Under the pieces are notes generated by a model that was not told the DNA's origin, did no database searches, and saw only the letters and a list, made by a program, of their open reading frames with translations. Of a stretch of DNA of 64,000 bases, positions 38,378 through 46,806 are shown one piece after another. Location: positions 49,964 to 113,963 of the forward strand of contig JAHIUX010000008.1 of NCBI GenBank assembly GCA_018816765.1, given 5' to 3'. Positions within the stretch are counted from its first letter, which is position 1; the number at the start of each line of letters is the position of its first letter. The stretch comes from Bacteroidota bacterium (GTDB taxonomy: Bacteria; Bacteroidota; Bacteroidia; Bacteroidales; F082). A program made the translations under genes and the position numbers.

Positions 38378-39189
38378 ACGGTATCTCCATTTTTATTCAC
38401 ATTGATGATGGCCAGAATTTCGCTGGCAATTTCTTCGATGGGTTTGTTGGTTACTTTTACCACAGGCCAGTTTCTCTGTCGGTTAAACACCGAATGGGCA
38501 TAACTCAGTTCTTTTTGCACGAACCCGGGATTGGCATAGTCGCCCGATCCCCTTCCAAGGCGTTCGAGCCTTGAATGCCTGAGGGTTGACAGGTTTGTGG
38601 CATTGTTGGTAAGGCAGATGACCCTTCCCTCAGGCAGGCTAAACAACTCTTCAGGTGGCTCAATGCCAAGAACGATAGGTACATTGGCAACAAACCAACC
38701 CTTGAAAGCCAGGTAAATGCTCAGGGGTGTTTTAAAGGTGCGCGAAACGCCTACCAGCACAATCTCTGCTTTGTTGAGTTCTTCGTAACGCAAGCCGTCA
38801 TCATGCTGAAAGGCAAACTGCATGGCGTCGATGCGCTGAAAATATTCCTTGTTCAACTCGCTGAACAAGCCAGGCTTTTCAGATGGTGTGCGGGTGAGTT
38901 TTTCAGAAAGCCTGCCGAGCAGCGGACCCATGAGGTCGATGGTTTCTACGTTGAAGGTGCGGCTGCAGTTAATCATGTATTCACGCAATTCGTTCGAAAC
39001 CATGGTGTGCACGATGAAGGCTTCCTGGGCCAGTGCTGATTCAACGGCGCTCAGGATCATGGCTTTCGAGCGGACTTCCTTGTGCAGGATGATTTCGACC
39101 TCCTGTGATGGAAACTGGGTGAGGGCTGCACTCAACGCCTGAGTTGCAGTGCGTCCGGTTCCGTCAGAAACGATGTAGATGATTGGCAT
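38374..39189 (-). CDS. ppsR: pyruvate,water dikinase / PPDK regulatory protein (DUF299 kinase/pyrophosphorylase)
   Basis: IYIVSDGTGRTA N-terminus and VGVSRTFKTPLSIYLA P-loop. 271 aa. Confidence 0.85.
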   Translation of the reverse strand: MPIIYIVSDGTGRTATQALSAALTQFPSQEVEIILHKEVRSKAMILSAVESALAQEAFIVHTMVSNELREYMINCSRTFNVETIDLMGPLLGRLSEKLTRTPSEKPGLFSELNKEYFQRIDAMQFAFQHDDGLRYEELNKAEIVLVGVSRTFKTPLSIYLAFKGWFVANVPIVLGIEPPEELFSLPEGRVICLTNNATNLSTLRHSRLERLGRGSGDYANPGFVQKELSYAHSVFNRQRNWPVVKVTNKPIEEIASEILAIINVNKNGDTV

Positions 39190-39223
39190 AGTTTGCTAAT
39201 AAATGGAAACAACAGGGATAAAA

Positions 39224-39258
39224 TTAAAAAATACATCCGCCCGAAAAGAGCGGATGTG
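39224..39258 (-). terminator. rho-independent terminator after the Cys-rich gene
   Basis: Perfect 8-bp stem ACATCCGC / GCGGATGT (39233-39240 / 39250-39257) with a 9-nt loop. Followed on the minus strand by ATTTTTTAATTTT. Confidence 0.7.
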
Positions 39259-39303
39259 AATTTTTAAGTCCAATGAAGGTCAATATCCTGAATGGAGCTG
39301 AAA

Positions 39304-39705
39304 TCAGAACCCATATTCATAATAGAACTTGGAAAGTTCAGCAGAAATATCTTTAAACACTATGTGGTGATTCATGCAGCCATTGCGTGAGCAAATGCGC
39401 ACTTCACCTCCGGCCCTGATGACAAACGAAACCATAGGCGCTTCGCATTCAGAGCATTGCTCGTTTGTAGATAGTTCCTTGTTGCATTGCGGGCAGAAAA
39501 AATCAACAATTTCCTGTTCCGCAACTTCAATATCCATTTTCTTTTCATTACATCCATAGGTTGAACATAGATGCAATACACCCCGGTCCGATTCGGTTGT
39601 GATATTGACTTTAACACTTGGCTTTCCGTTCAGGATAACTGATTCATCCATCAACGATTTGCTGCACAGCGGACATTTCACATGCAGGGAAATTCTCTTG
39701 TCCAT
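39304..39705 (-). CDS. Cys-rich double zinc-ribbon-like hypothetical protein
   Basis: 133 aa, 10 Cys. Two homologous halves, each CPxCxKxL ... (L/I)CSxxGC; the second half has an extra CSEC. Own terminator, and a divergent promoter region shared with hypA. Confidence 0.6.
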   Translation of the reverse strand: MDKRISLHVKCPLCSKSLMDESVILNGKPSVKVNITTESDRGVLHLCSTYGCNEKKMDIEVAEQEIVDFFCPQCNKELSTNEQCSECEAPMVSFVIRAGGEVRICSRNGCMNHHIVFKDISAELSKFYYEYGF

Positions 39706-39808
39706 GGGTTTGATGATTGATTAATTGTTGTTTTGAAATCCGTTAATTTCTTTGTTAAATGTAGCACTTTAGCGGACCTAACACAAGTTAAGCGTCTAAT
39801 TTATAATG

Positions 39809-39823
39809 ATTCTTAATAAGAAT
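39809..39823. promoter_or_regulatory. perfect palindrome ATTCTTA-A-TAAGAAT in the divergent Cys-rich gene / hypA promoter region
   Basis: 7-1-7 inverted repeat read directly from the sequence, 46 nt upstream of the hypA -7 box. Confidence 0.35.
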
Positions 39824-39868
39824 TAGAACTTTAACGGGGAAATCCAGCATTTGACCCCGCTAATTTGT

Positions 39869-39876
39869 TAATTTTG
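39869..39876 (+). promoter_or_regulatory. Bacteroidota -7 promoter box (TAATTTTG) of hypAB
   Basis: Exact TAnnTTTG match 19 nt upstream of the hypA ATG at 39895. Confidence 0.4.
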
Positions 39877-39894
39877 CCAAACAAAACGGACCCT

Positions 39895-40242
39895 ATGCAC
39901 GAGTTAAGCCTGGCAATGAATATTGTTGAGATAGTGACAGAAGAGGCGGATAAAATTGGACGCTGTGCTGTGAAACGGATCGACCTTGAGATTGGTAGTC
40001 ACTCTGGTGTTGTGATGGAAGCGCTTACCTTTGCTATGGATGAAGCCATCAAGGGAACACCATTGGCCGAGGCAAAAATCAATTACCATTGGGTTGAGGC
40101 AGTCGCAGCCTGCCAGGAGTGCTGCCAGGAGTTTAAACCCACCGAATTTGATCACATTTGCCCTCACTGCAACAGCATGCAAACCTACCTTATTCATGGC
40201 AAGGAGCTGAAAGTGAAGAGTGTAGAATTAAAAGAGTTATAG
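39895..40242 (+). CDS. hypA: hydrogenase nickel-insertion protein HypA
   Basis: MHELSLAMNIVE N-terminus (Ni site) and CQECCQEF...CPHCNS zinc site. About 115 aa. Confidence 0.9.
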   Translation: MHELSLAMNIVEIVTEEADKIGRCAVKRIDLEIGSHSGVVMEALTFAMDEAIKGTPLAEAKINYHWVEAVAACQECCQEFKPTEFDHICPHCNSMQTYLIHGKELKVKSVELKEL

Positions 40243-40262
40243 AAACCAATACCCCCCAGATT

Positions 40263-41192
40263 ATGTGCGGTACATGCGGATGTGGAGACGATGAACACAT
40301 CACCTACAGAAAACCAGGTCAAGGCCATTCAGGCCATCACCATAATCACGAGCATACCCACCACCATGGCATTATGGAACACAGCCATGTGCACATCCAT
40401 GAACATGCACATGATGGGCATCACCATCACGCAGAAGACGACAATGCGCATGCGCATGCATTTCATGCTGACGGGTACGACCACCATCACAATCACGAAC
40501 ACGATCATGGCCATGGGCACAGCCATGGCGAGGAAGGGCACACACACACCATTCAGCTGGAGCGCAATATTTTGTCGAAAAACGACCTGATTGCCGAGCG
40601 CAACAGGGGCTTTTTCGATGCACTGGATGTGCTGGCACTTAATTTGGTGAGTTCACCTGGCTCAGGCAAAACAAGTATCCTCGAACAAACCATCAGGGAA
40701 ATCGGAGCGTCACTACAGGCAGTAGTAATCGAAGGGGATCAGCAAACGATGAACGATGCTGAACGCATCAAGTCGGCTGGTGCGCCTGTTATCCAGGTGA
40801 ACACAGGAAACGGCTGTCACCTTGATGCACTGATGGTTAGCAAAGCAGCCAAAGCACTCGAACTGAAACAGCATAGCACCTTGTTTATCGAGAATGTGGG
40901 CAACCTCGTTTGTCCATCGTTGTTCGACCTTGGCGAAGCAAAACGCGTGGTCATTATCAGCGTGACTGAAGGCGACGACAAACCGGCTAAATACCCGACC
41001 ATGTTCGCTTCAGCACAACTTTGCCTGATCAACAAGATTGACTTGCTGCCTTATGTGGATTTTGACGTTGAAAAAGCAAAAAAGTGTGCGCTGAAGGTAA
41101 ACCCAGGCTTGGAATTCATCAGCCTGAGTGCTAAAACCGGCGAAGGAATGAACGATTGGTATGGCTGGGTGAAACAATTGAAAAAAAGTTAA
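40263..41192 (+). CDS. hypB: hydrogenase nickel-incorporation GTPase HypB with long His-rich insert
   Basis: Start at MCGTCGCG (high-affinity Ni CxxCGC motif). His-rich stretch, then SIMIBI GTPase domain (SSPGSGKTS, ENVGNLVCP, NKIDLL). Confidence 0.93.
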   Translation: MCGTCGCGDDEHITYRKPGQGHSGHHHNHEHTHHHGIMEHSHVHIHEHAHDGHHHHAEDDNAHAHAFHADGYDHHHNHEHDHGHGHSHGEEGHTHTIQLERNILSKNDLIAERNRGFFDALDVLALNLVSSPGSGKTSILEQTIREIGASLQAVVIEGDQQTMNDAERIKSAGAPVIQVNTGNGCHLDALMVSKAAKALELKQHSTLFIENVGNLVCPSLFDLGEAKRVVIISVTEGDDKPAKYPTMFASAQLCLINKIDLLPYVDFDVEKAKKCALKVNPGLEFISLSAKTGEGMNDWYGWVKQLKKS

Positions 41193-41313
41193 CATTATCT
41201 TCTGCTTAGCACTGTTTTATAGCGCAGGATTACTTGTTTCTCGTATATCATTGCAGTCCGTAAAACCTGTGAGAAATCTGAGTTTTTATTGATTTTACTG
41301 CTATTTCCTAACA

Positions 41314-41331
41314 ATGTTAACTTTTTAACAA
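41314..41331. promoter_or_regulatory. Rex-box-like palindrome ATGTTAA-CTTT-TTAACAA upstream of rex
   Basis: 18-nt 7-4-7 inverted repeat. 11/14 half-site positions match TTGTGAAnnnnTTCACAA (13/14 versus the TTGTTAAnnnnTTAACAA variant). It ends 30 nt before the -7 box at 41361. Confidence 0.45.
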
Positions 41332-41360
41332 AAAAACTTGCGATTGTAAATAAGTGAAGT

Positions 41361-41368
41361 TATTTTTG
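41361..41368 (+). promoter_or_regulatory. Bacteroidota -7 promoter box (TATTTTTG) of rex
   Basis: Exact TAnnTTTG match 34 nt upstream of the ATG at 41402. Confidence 0.4.
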
Positions 41369-41401
41369 CTGTTCATTAGTTAACAGCAGACCATAACCGT
41401 A

Positions 41402-42040
41402 ATGCCCATGAAAAACCTGCCTCACAAAACCATTGAAAGGTTGAGCCAGTACAGAAGAGCGCTTCTCATTTGTCTTGAGAGCGGAAAAACACACATTTAT
41501 TCGCATGAAATTGCCAAGATCCAGCACATTACTGCCGTTCAGGTGCGGCGCGACCTGATGTTGATCGGTTACACCGGAACCCTTAGAAAAGGGTATAATG
41601 TGAAAGAACTGATTGACCTGATCGGTGAAATCATCGATTCTGACGAAGGAATTCATGTAGCCATTATTGGTATGGGTAACCTTGGGCGTGCGCTGATCAA
41701 TTATTTTTCTGGAAAGCGTACCCAATTATCCATTGTTGCAGGTTTCGATATTAACCCCGACAAGATTGGCAATACCATGTCTGGCGTACCTTGCTTTGGT
41801 CTTGATGACCTTGATCGGCTGATTCAAACGCTGGATATTAAGATTGGCATCATGACGGTGCCGGCTGATTTTGCCGTTGAGGTTGCCGACCGCCTCGTCA
41901 GGGCAGGAGTTAAGGGAATCTTGAATTATACACCAAAACCGGTGAATGTGCCTAAAGGAGTCTATCTCGAAGAGTATGACATGATTACATCGCTCGAGAA
42001 GGTGGCCTTCTATGTCAAGATGCACAATGATGAGGAATAG
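41402..42040 (+). CDS. rex: redox-sensing transcriptional repressor Rex
   Basis: TIERLSQYRRAL, winged-helix SHEIAKIQHITAVQVRRDLMLIGYTG, Rossmann VAIIGMGNLGRALINY. 212 aa. Confidence 0.9.
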   Translation: MPMKNLPHKTIERLSQYRRALLICLESGKTHIYSHEIAKIQHITAVQVRRDLMLIGYTGTLRKGYNVKELIDLIGEIIDSDEGIHVAIIGMGNLGRALINYFSGKRTQLSIVAGFDINPDKIGNTMSGVPCFGLDDLDRLIQTLDIKIGIMTVPADFAVEVADRLVRAGVKGILNYTPKPVNVPKGVYLEEYDMITSLEKVAFYVKMHNDEE

Positions 42041-42155
42041 CTGTTAACGAGACATTGTCCTTTTTAAGTTGCTTGTAGCGTGATTCATCACTGGGACGTC
42101 TGATGATATTTGTCCGGCTGTAATGTCACGTTATGTTCCCATAAAAGATGCCTCC

Positions 42156-42188
42156 AAAAAAAAACACCCTTCAAATAGAAAGGTGTGT
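42156..42188 (-). terminator. rho-independent terminator after carbamate kinase
   Basis: ACACCCTT / AAGGTGTGT hairpin (one bulge, 8-nt loop), followed on the minus strand by a 9-nt U-run (A-run at 42156-42164 on plus). Confidence 0.5.
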
Positions 42189-42227
42189 TACTTTCATTGT
42201 GGCAGAATCGCCCATTTGCTGTGAGCG

Positions 42228-43181
42228 CTATACAATGGTTACCCTGGTTCCGCCATTATCAACGCCAAGCAAATTGGCTTCGGTAATGATGGTGTCCTTG
42301 CCGCTGCGCTCGACAAAATGCACTGCAGCCAAAATTTTTGGAGCCATACTGCCTTCGCCGAACTGACCTTCGCTTAGGTAGCGTTTTGCTTCGGCTATCG
42401 TCATCTTGTCAAGTGTTTTTTCCTGAGGTGTGTTGTAGTTGAGGCAAACTTTCGGTACATCGGTGAGGATAAACAACTTATCAGCCCTGATCTGTGAAGC
42501 GAGCAGTGAAGATGCCAGGTCTTTATCGATCACGGCATCAATGCCCTGCAATTTGTTCGACTCGATATAGAAACACGGAATGCCACCACCACCAACGGCG
42601 ATAACGATATGGCCTTCGCGGGCAATTTTTTCGATGGACTGCCGGTTGAAAATAACCAGCGGAGTCGGTGAAGCAACCACTTTTCGCCAGCCTCTGCCGC
42701 GGGCATCTTCTTTGTAAACTGAACCTGACTCCATCGTGAGCTTTTCGGCTTCATCCTTCGTGTAAAAAGGCCCAATGGGCTTTGTTGGATTGTCGAAAGC
42801 CGGATCGTCTTTGTTTACCAACACCTGGGTAATAATGGAAATAATATCCCTGTCCATATCCTTGGCCATCAACACGTTTCTAAGCTGTTGCTCGATCACG
42901 TAACCGATAAATCCCTGTGAGTAAGCTACACTGATGTCGAGAGGCATGTCCGGAATACCATACAACTTGTTGCCGGCTGTGTTTGCCAGAAGAATATTGC
43001 CTACCTGTGGGCCATTTCCATGCGTTACAACAATATTGTAGTTTCGCTCCATTAATTTTGTCAGGTTTTCACATGCGGCATAGGCATTTGCTTCCTGCTC
43101 ATCAATCGTCCCTTTTTGATTTCCCCTTAATAAGGCGTTTCCACCAAAAGCTACTACTGCAAGTTTTTTCATATCAGGCAT
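42228..43181 (-). CDS. arcC: carbamate kinase
   Basis: KKLAVVAFGGNALL, VVTHGNGPQVG, IAVGGGGIP motifs. 317 aa. An alternative ATG lies at 43172. Confidence 0.88.
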   Translation of the reverse strand: MPDMKKLAVVAFGGNALLRGNQKGTIDEQEANAYAACENLTKLMERNYNIVVTHGNGPQVGNILLANTAGNKLYGIPDMPLDISVAYSQGFIGYVIEQQLRNVLMAKDMDRDIISIITQVLVNKDDPAFDNPTKPIGPFYTKDEAEKLTMESGSVYKEDARGRGWRKVVASPTPLVIFNRQSIEKIAREGHIVIAVGGGGIPCFYIESNKLQGIDAVIDKDLASSLLASQIRADKLFILTDVPKVCLNYNTPQEKTLDKMTIAEAKRYLSEGQFGEGSMAPKILAAVHFVERSGKDTIITEANLLGVDNGGTRVTIV

Positions 43182-43215
43182 TGTTAAAATTCAATTGTTT
43201 CAAGAAAAAAGAACA

Positions 43216-43223
43216 CAAAAGTA
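43216..43223 (-). promoter_or_regulatory. Bacteroidota -7 promoter box (TACTTTTG on the minus strand) of carbamate kinase
   Basis: CAAAAGTA on the plus strand, which is TAnnTTTG on minus, 35 nt upstream of the ATG at 43181. Confidence 0.4.
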
Positions 43224-43251
43224 ATCATTTTCGATGAAATAGCCGATTTAC

Positions 43252-43269
43252 TTGTGATTGATTTCACAA
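43252..43269. promoter_or_regulatory. near-consensus Rex box TTGTGAT-TGAT-TTCACAA
   Basis: 13/14 half-site positions match TTGTGAAnnnnTTCACAA. Lies 29 nt upstream of the carbamate kinase -7 box and 92 nt upstream of the divergent DASS transporter ATG. The rex gene is 1.2 kb away. Confidence 0.6.
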
Positions 43270-43360
43270 TAAGTTTTATTTGAATAAAGTCCGGGTTGAA
43301 TAATATTTCTTAACTTTACTCGCAATCAACATGATAACGGCTAACTTAACCCTGTGACAA

Positions 43361-44869
43361 ATGAAAAAAATTCCAACGGCCCGTGTAATTGGCCTGGTCG
43401 CCGGCCTGGCCTGTTGTATTATTTTTAGCCTGATTGATATAGAACCATCGAAGCCCCAGGTGGGCCGTATGCTTGGGGTTGCCTTGCTGATGGCCATCTG
43501 GTGGATTGCTGAGGTTGTACCACTGGCAATTACCTCATTGATTCCAGTTGTGCTGTTGCCGTTTCTCGGTATCAGCAGCGGCAGGGTGGTGTCGACAGCC
43601 TATTTCAATGATGTGATTTTTTTATTCCTCGGTGGTTTCCTACTGGCACTGGCCATGCAGAAATGGCAATTACACAAACGCATTGCCATCAGAATTCTGC
43701 TCCTGACAGGAACCAAACCCTCGGGTGTGCTGATGGGCTTTATGGGTGCGACGGCTTTCTTGTCGATGTGGATTTCAAACACAGCCACTGCCATGATGAT
43801 GGTGCCAATTTTACTTTCAGTAGTACTCAAGCTCTCGGAAAATGCCACTGAAAAGCAAAAAAGCAATATGGCCGCCGGAATGCTGCTGGGTGTTGCATAT
43901 AGTGCTTCCATAGGCGGCATTGCAACCCTTGTGGGTACCCCACCAAACCTGTCATTTGTGCGGATCTTTCACATCATGTTCCCACATGCACCAGAAGTTG
44001 GCTTTGGACAATGGCTGATTTTTGCTTTACCTGTTTCCCTGCTGATGCTTGTATTTGGGTGGGTCTATCTGTCGAAATTCTATTTGCCTGCGAGCCTGAG
44101 TGGTTCTCCGGGAAAAAAGGTGCTTAGTGACCAGTATAAATCTCTTGGAAAAATGAATTATGAAGAGCGCGTTGTTTTGGTCGTATTTATTGCACTGACT
44201 TTCCTGTGGACGTTCAGAACAGATATTGACCTTGGTTTTATGGTGTTACCCGGTTGGGATTTTATCCTTGCCTATCCTGATATGATTACCGATGGAACGC
44301 TGGCCATCGCACTGACGATTCCATTATTCATCATTCCTTCAAAGAAAACACCTGACACATACCTGATGGACTGGCAAACAGCTTCAGAACTGCCATGGGA
44401 CATTGTTCTGCTGTTTGGCGGTGGTTTCGCATTGGCTGGCGGCATCCGCGATTCAGGTCTTGCGCAATGGATAGGAGAACAATTGGTGTGGATGGGGTCA
44501 TTGCACCCGGTCGTGCTGATCATCATTGTGGTTACCATGATTACTTTTTTAACCGAACTCACATCAAATACAGCGACCACTGAAATGATCCTCCCGATAC
44601 TTGCAGGGCTCTCGGTAAGCGTAAACCTTAACCCGCTCCTGCTGATGGTGCCGGCAGCCATCGCAGCCTCAATGGCATTTATGCTTCCAGTGGCTACGCC
44701 GCCCAATGCCATTATTTTTGGCACAAGGCTAATCACTGTAAAGCAAATGGCAAAGGCAGGCCTTGTAATGAATCTCATAGGAATCGTTGTGCTTACTGTG
44801 CTCGTTTGGTTTTGGTTGCGCATTGTATTCGGAATTGAAGCGATTGAAATGCCTTCAGGCTGGCATTAA
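43361..44869 (+). CDS. DASS/SLC13-family anion:sodium symporter (di/tricarboxylate or sulfate)
   Basis: 502 aa polytopic membrane protein with two SNTAT-type re-entrant motifs (WISNTATAMMMVP and ELTSNTATTEMILP). Confidence 0.85.
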   Translation: MKKIPTARVIGLVAGLACCIIFSLIDIEPSKPQVGRMLGVALLMAIWWIAEVVPLAITSLIPVVLLPFLGISSGRVVSTAYFNDVIFLFLGGFLLALAMQKWQLHKRIAIRILLLTGTKPSGVLMGFMGATAFLSMWISNTATAMMMVPILLSVVLKLSENATEKQKSNMAAGMLLGVAYSASIGGIATLVGTPPNLSFVRIFHIMFPHAPEVGFGQWLIFALPVSLLMLVFGWVYLSKFYLPASLSGSPGKKVLSDQYKSLGKMNYEERVVLVVFIALTFLWTFRTDIDLGFMVLPGWDFILAYPDMITDGTLAIALTIPLFIIPSKKTPDTYLMDWQTASELPWDIVLLFGGGFALAGGIRDSGLAQWIGEQLVWMGSLHPVVLIIIVVTMITFLTELTSNTATTEMILPILAGLSVSVNLNPLLLMVPAAIAASMAFMLPVATPPNAIIFGTRLITVKQMAKAGLVMNLIGIVVLTVLVWFWLRIVFGIEAIEMPSGWH

Positions 44870-45071
44870 GTGGTGTGGCCTGCGTTTTGACGACAATTGC
44901 TATTGTCACAATATTGGCAGAAAATCAATGTTTGTCAGGTCAATCAGGACCCTTTGCAGATAACAGAATAGTTAGCTGACAGACCATTCTTAAAAAACAG
45001 CAACATTTGGGTTCATTTTGAAAACAATTTGTGATATGGGTTGTTATATTTGTTCATCAATTTCTACAATC

Positions 45072-45770
45072 ATGATAAAAAATCTTCTGATCGTCGTTGC
45101 CTTAAGTGTGTTCATTGGAAGCGCTTCACAAGCCCAAAATGATTCCGCAACCGGAACCGGACAAGGGTATGTGTTTGCACCACTGCCGTTTGCCTATGAT
45201 GCGCTTGAGCCGAACATTGACAAACAAACAATGGAAATTCATTACGACAGGCACCATCGGGCCTATTACAATAACTTCGTGAAGGCGATTGAGCAAACTG
45301 ACATCAATGGCATGCCAATCGAAGATATTTTTCAACGCATTGAATCGCTGCCCGAATCCATCCGAAACAATGGTGGTGGGTATTATAACCACACTTTATT
45401 CTGGTCATTTATGTCGCCAAAAGGTGGTGGCAAGCCAAAGGGAAAGCTGGCCGAAGCCATTGACAATACATTTGGTTCACTGGAAGCCTTTAAAACACAG
45501 TTTGAAACAGCCGGAGCCAAACGTTTTGGCAGCGGTTGGGTTTGGTTAAGTGTTGATGCAGCAGGAAAATTGTTTATTTCGACAACAGCCAACCAGGACA
45601 ACCCCCTGATGAGCGTCGTTGAAGAACGTGGCCAACCTATCCTCTGTGTCGATGTGTGGGAACATGCCTATTACCTGAAGTATCAGAACAAAAGGGCTGC
45701 TTACCTCACTGCTTTCTGGAATGTAGTGAACTGGGATGAAGTTGCCAGCCGATACGAACCTGCTAAATAG
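45072..45770 (+). CDS. Fe/Mn-family superoxide dismutase with signal peptide
   Basis: Start at MIKNLLIVVALSVFIGSASQAQ. HYDRHHRAYYNNF and DVWEHAYYLKYQNKR metal-ligand motifs. Confidence 0.9.
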   Translation: MIKNLLIVVALSVFIGSASQAQNDSATGTGQGYVFAPLPFAYDALEPNIDKQTMEIHYDRHHRAYYNNFVKAIEQTDINGMPIEDIFQRIESLPESIRNNGGGYYNHTLFWSFMSPKGGGKPKGKLAEAIDNTFGSLEAFKTQFETAGAKRFGSGWVWLSVDAAGKLFISTTANQDNPLMSVVEERGQPILCVDVWEHAYYLKYQNKRAAYLTAFWNVVNWDEVASRYEPAK

Positions 45771-45796
45771 CTGACGCAGCAATCACACAACATTAA

Positions 45797-45825
45797 CCCG
45801 ACAGCCATGCTGCCGGGTTTTTTTT
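45797..45825 (+). terminator. rho-independent terminator after the SOD gene
   Basis: CCCGACAGC / GCTGCCGGG hairpin (one mismatch) followed by an 8-nt T-run at 45818-45825. Confidence 0.7.
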
Positions 45826-45874
45826 ATCGCTGAAATGCGTGAAACTATCGTTGCCCTTGATTACATTTGCAGCT

Positions 45875-46789
45875 ATGACACAACAGGCGAAATCAACTTT
45901 GCTGGCCTTGCTGGCCGTACTTTTCTGGTCAACCATGAGCACGGCTTTCAAACTCAGCCTGCGTTACCTTGCTTTCGATCTGTTGTTGTTCTGGTCGGTT
46001 TTTTTTGCCCTGATTGCGGTTGCGCTGATCATGTTGCTGCAGCAGAAGTTCGGTTTAATCGGCCGGATGAGTAAGCGGGATTTCCTGCGCTCAGCGCTGA
46101 TGGGACTCATCAATCCATTTCTTTATTACTTAGTCCTTTTTAACGCTTACGACTTGCTGCAGGCGCAGGAAGCAGGGGTGCTTAATTATACCTGGCCAGT
46201 GATTCTTGTGCTGCTGTCAGCAGTGGTTTTGCGGCAGAAAATCAGTTTATTGAATTTCATGGCCATTATCGTGAGTTTTTCGGGTTTGCTGGTTATCAGT
46301 ACCAAAGGACAGGTTTTTACCTTGAATTTCACCAACCCAACCGGTGTTGGACTTGCTATCGGAAGCGCCTTTCTCTGGGCTTTATACTGGATTATCAATA
46401 TGAAGGACCAGCGCGAAGCCGTCAGCAAAATTTTCGTCAATATGCTGTTCGGGTTTGTGTATATTCTGCTGTATATGCTATTGTTTTCTAAACTCAATAT
46501 TCCTCAGTGGCACGGCCTGGCAGGAGCCATGTATATAGGCGCTTTCGAAATGGGCTTCACCTTCGTGATCTGGCTGTTGGCACTTAAGTTCGCAGCGAAT
46601 ACGGCAAAAGTCAGTAACCTGATTTTTCTCTCACCCTTTATCGGTTTGTTTTTCATCCACTTGTTTGTCGGAGAGCAGATACTGGTTTCGACCTATGTGG
46701 GTCTGGTGCTTATTGTGGCAGGCATCATGCTTCAGCAGCTGAAACCAAAATCAATGCTCAGGCGCATGTTTAATGGATTTGTTACATAA
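45875..46789 (+). CDS. DMT-superfamily (EamA-like) transporter
   Basis: Ten predicted TM helices in two EamA-like halves. Start taken at the first ATG (MTQQAKSTLLALLAVLFWST); the track ORF begins at a GTG at 45839. Confidence 0.8.
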   Translation: MTQQAKSTLLALLAVLFWSTMSTAFKLSLRYLAFDLLLFWSVFFALIAVALIMLLQQKFGLIGRMSKRDFLRSALMGLINPFLYYLVLFNAYDLLQAQEAGVLNYTWPVILVLLSAVVLRQKISLLNFMAIIVSFSGLLVISTKGQVFTLNFTNPTGVGLAIGSAFLWALYWIINMKDQREAVSKIFVNMLFGFVYILLYMLLFSKLNIPQWHGLAGAMYIGAFEMGFTFVIWLLALKFAANTAKVSNLIFLSPFIGLFFIHLFVGEQILVSTYVGLVLIVAGIMLQQLKPKSMLRRMFNGFVT

Positions 46790-46806
46790 CCTTCACTTGC
46801 AACGAT

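Noticed and set aside
40282-40638. Three overlapping ORFs (40282-40590 plus, 40329-40547 minus, 40372-40638 minus) inside hypB
   Set aside because: They are artefacts of the repetitive CAY/GAY codons of the His-rich insert. The hypB frame continues into a canonical GTPase domain.
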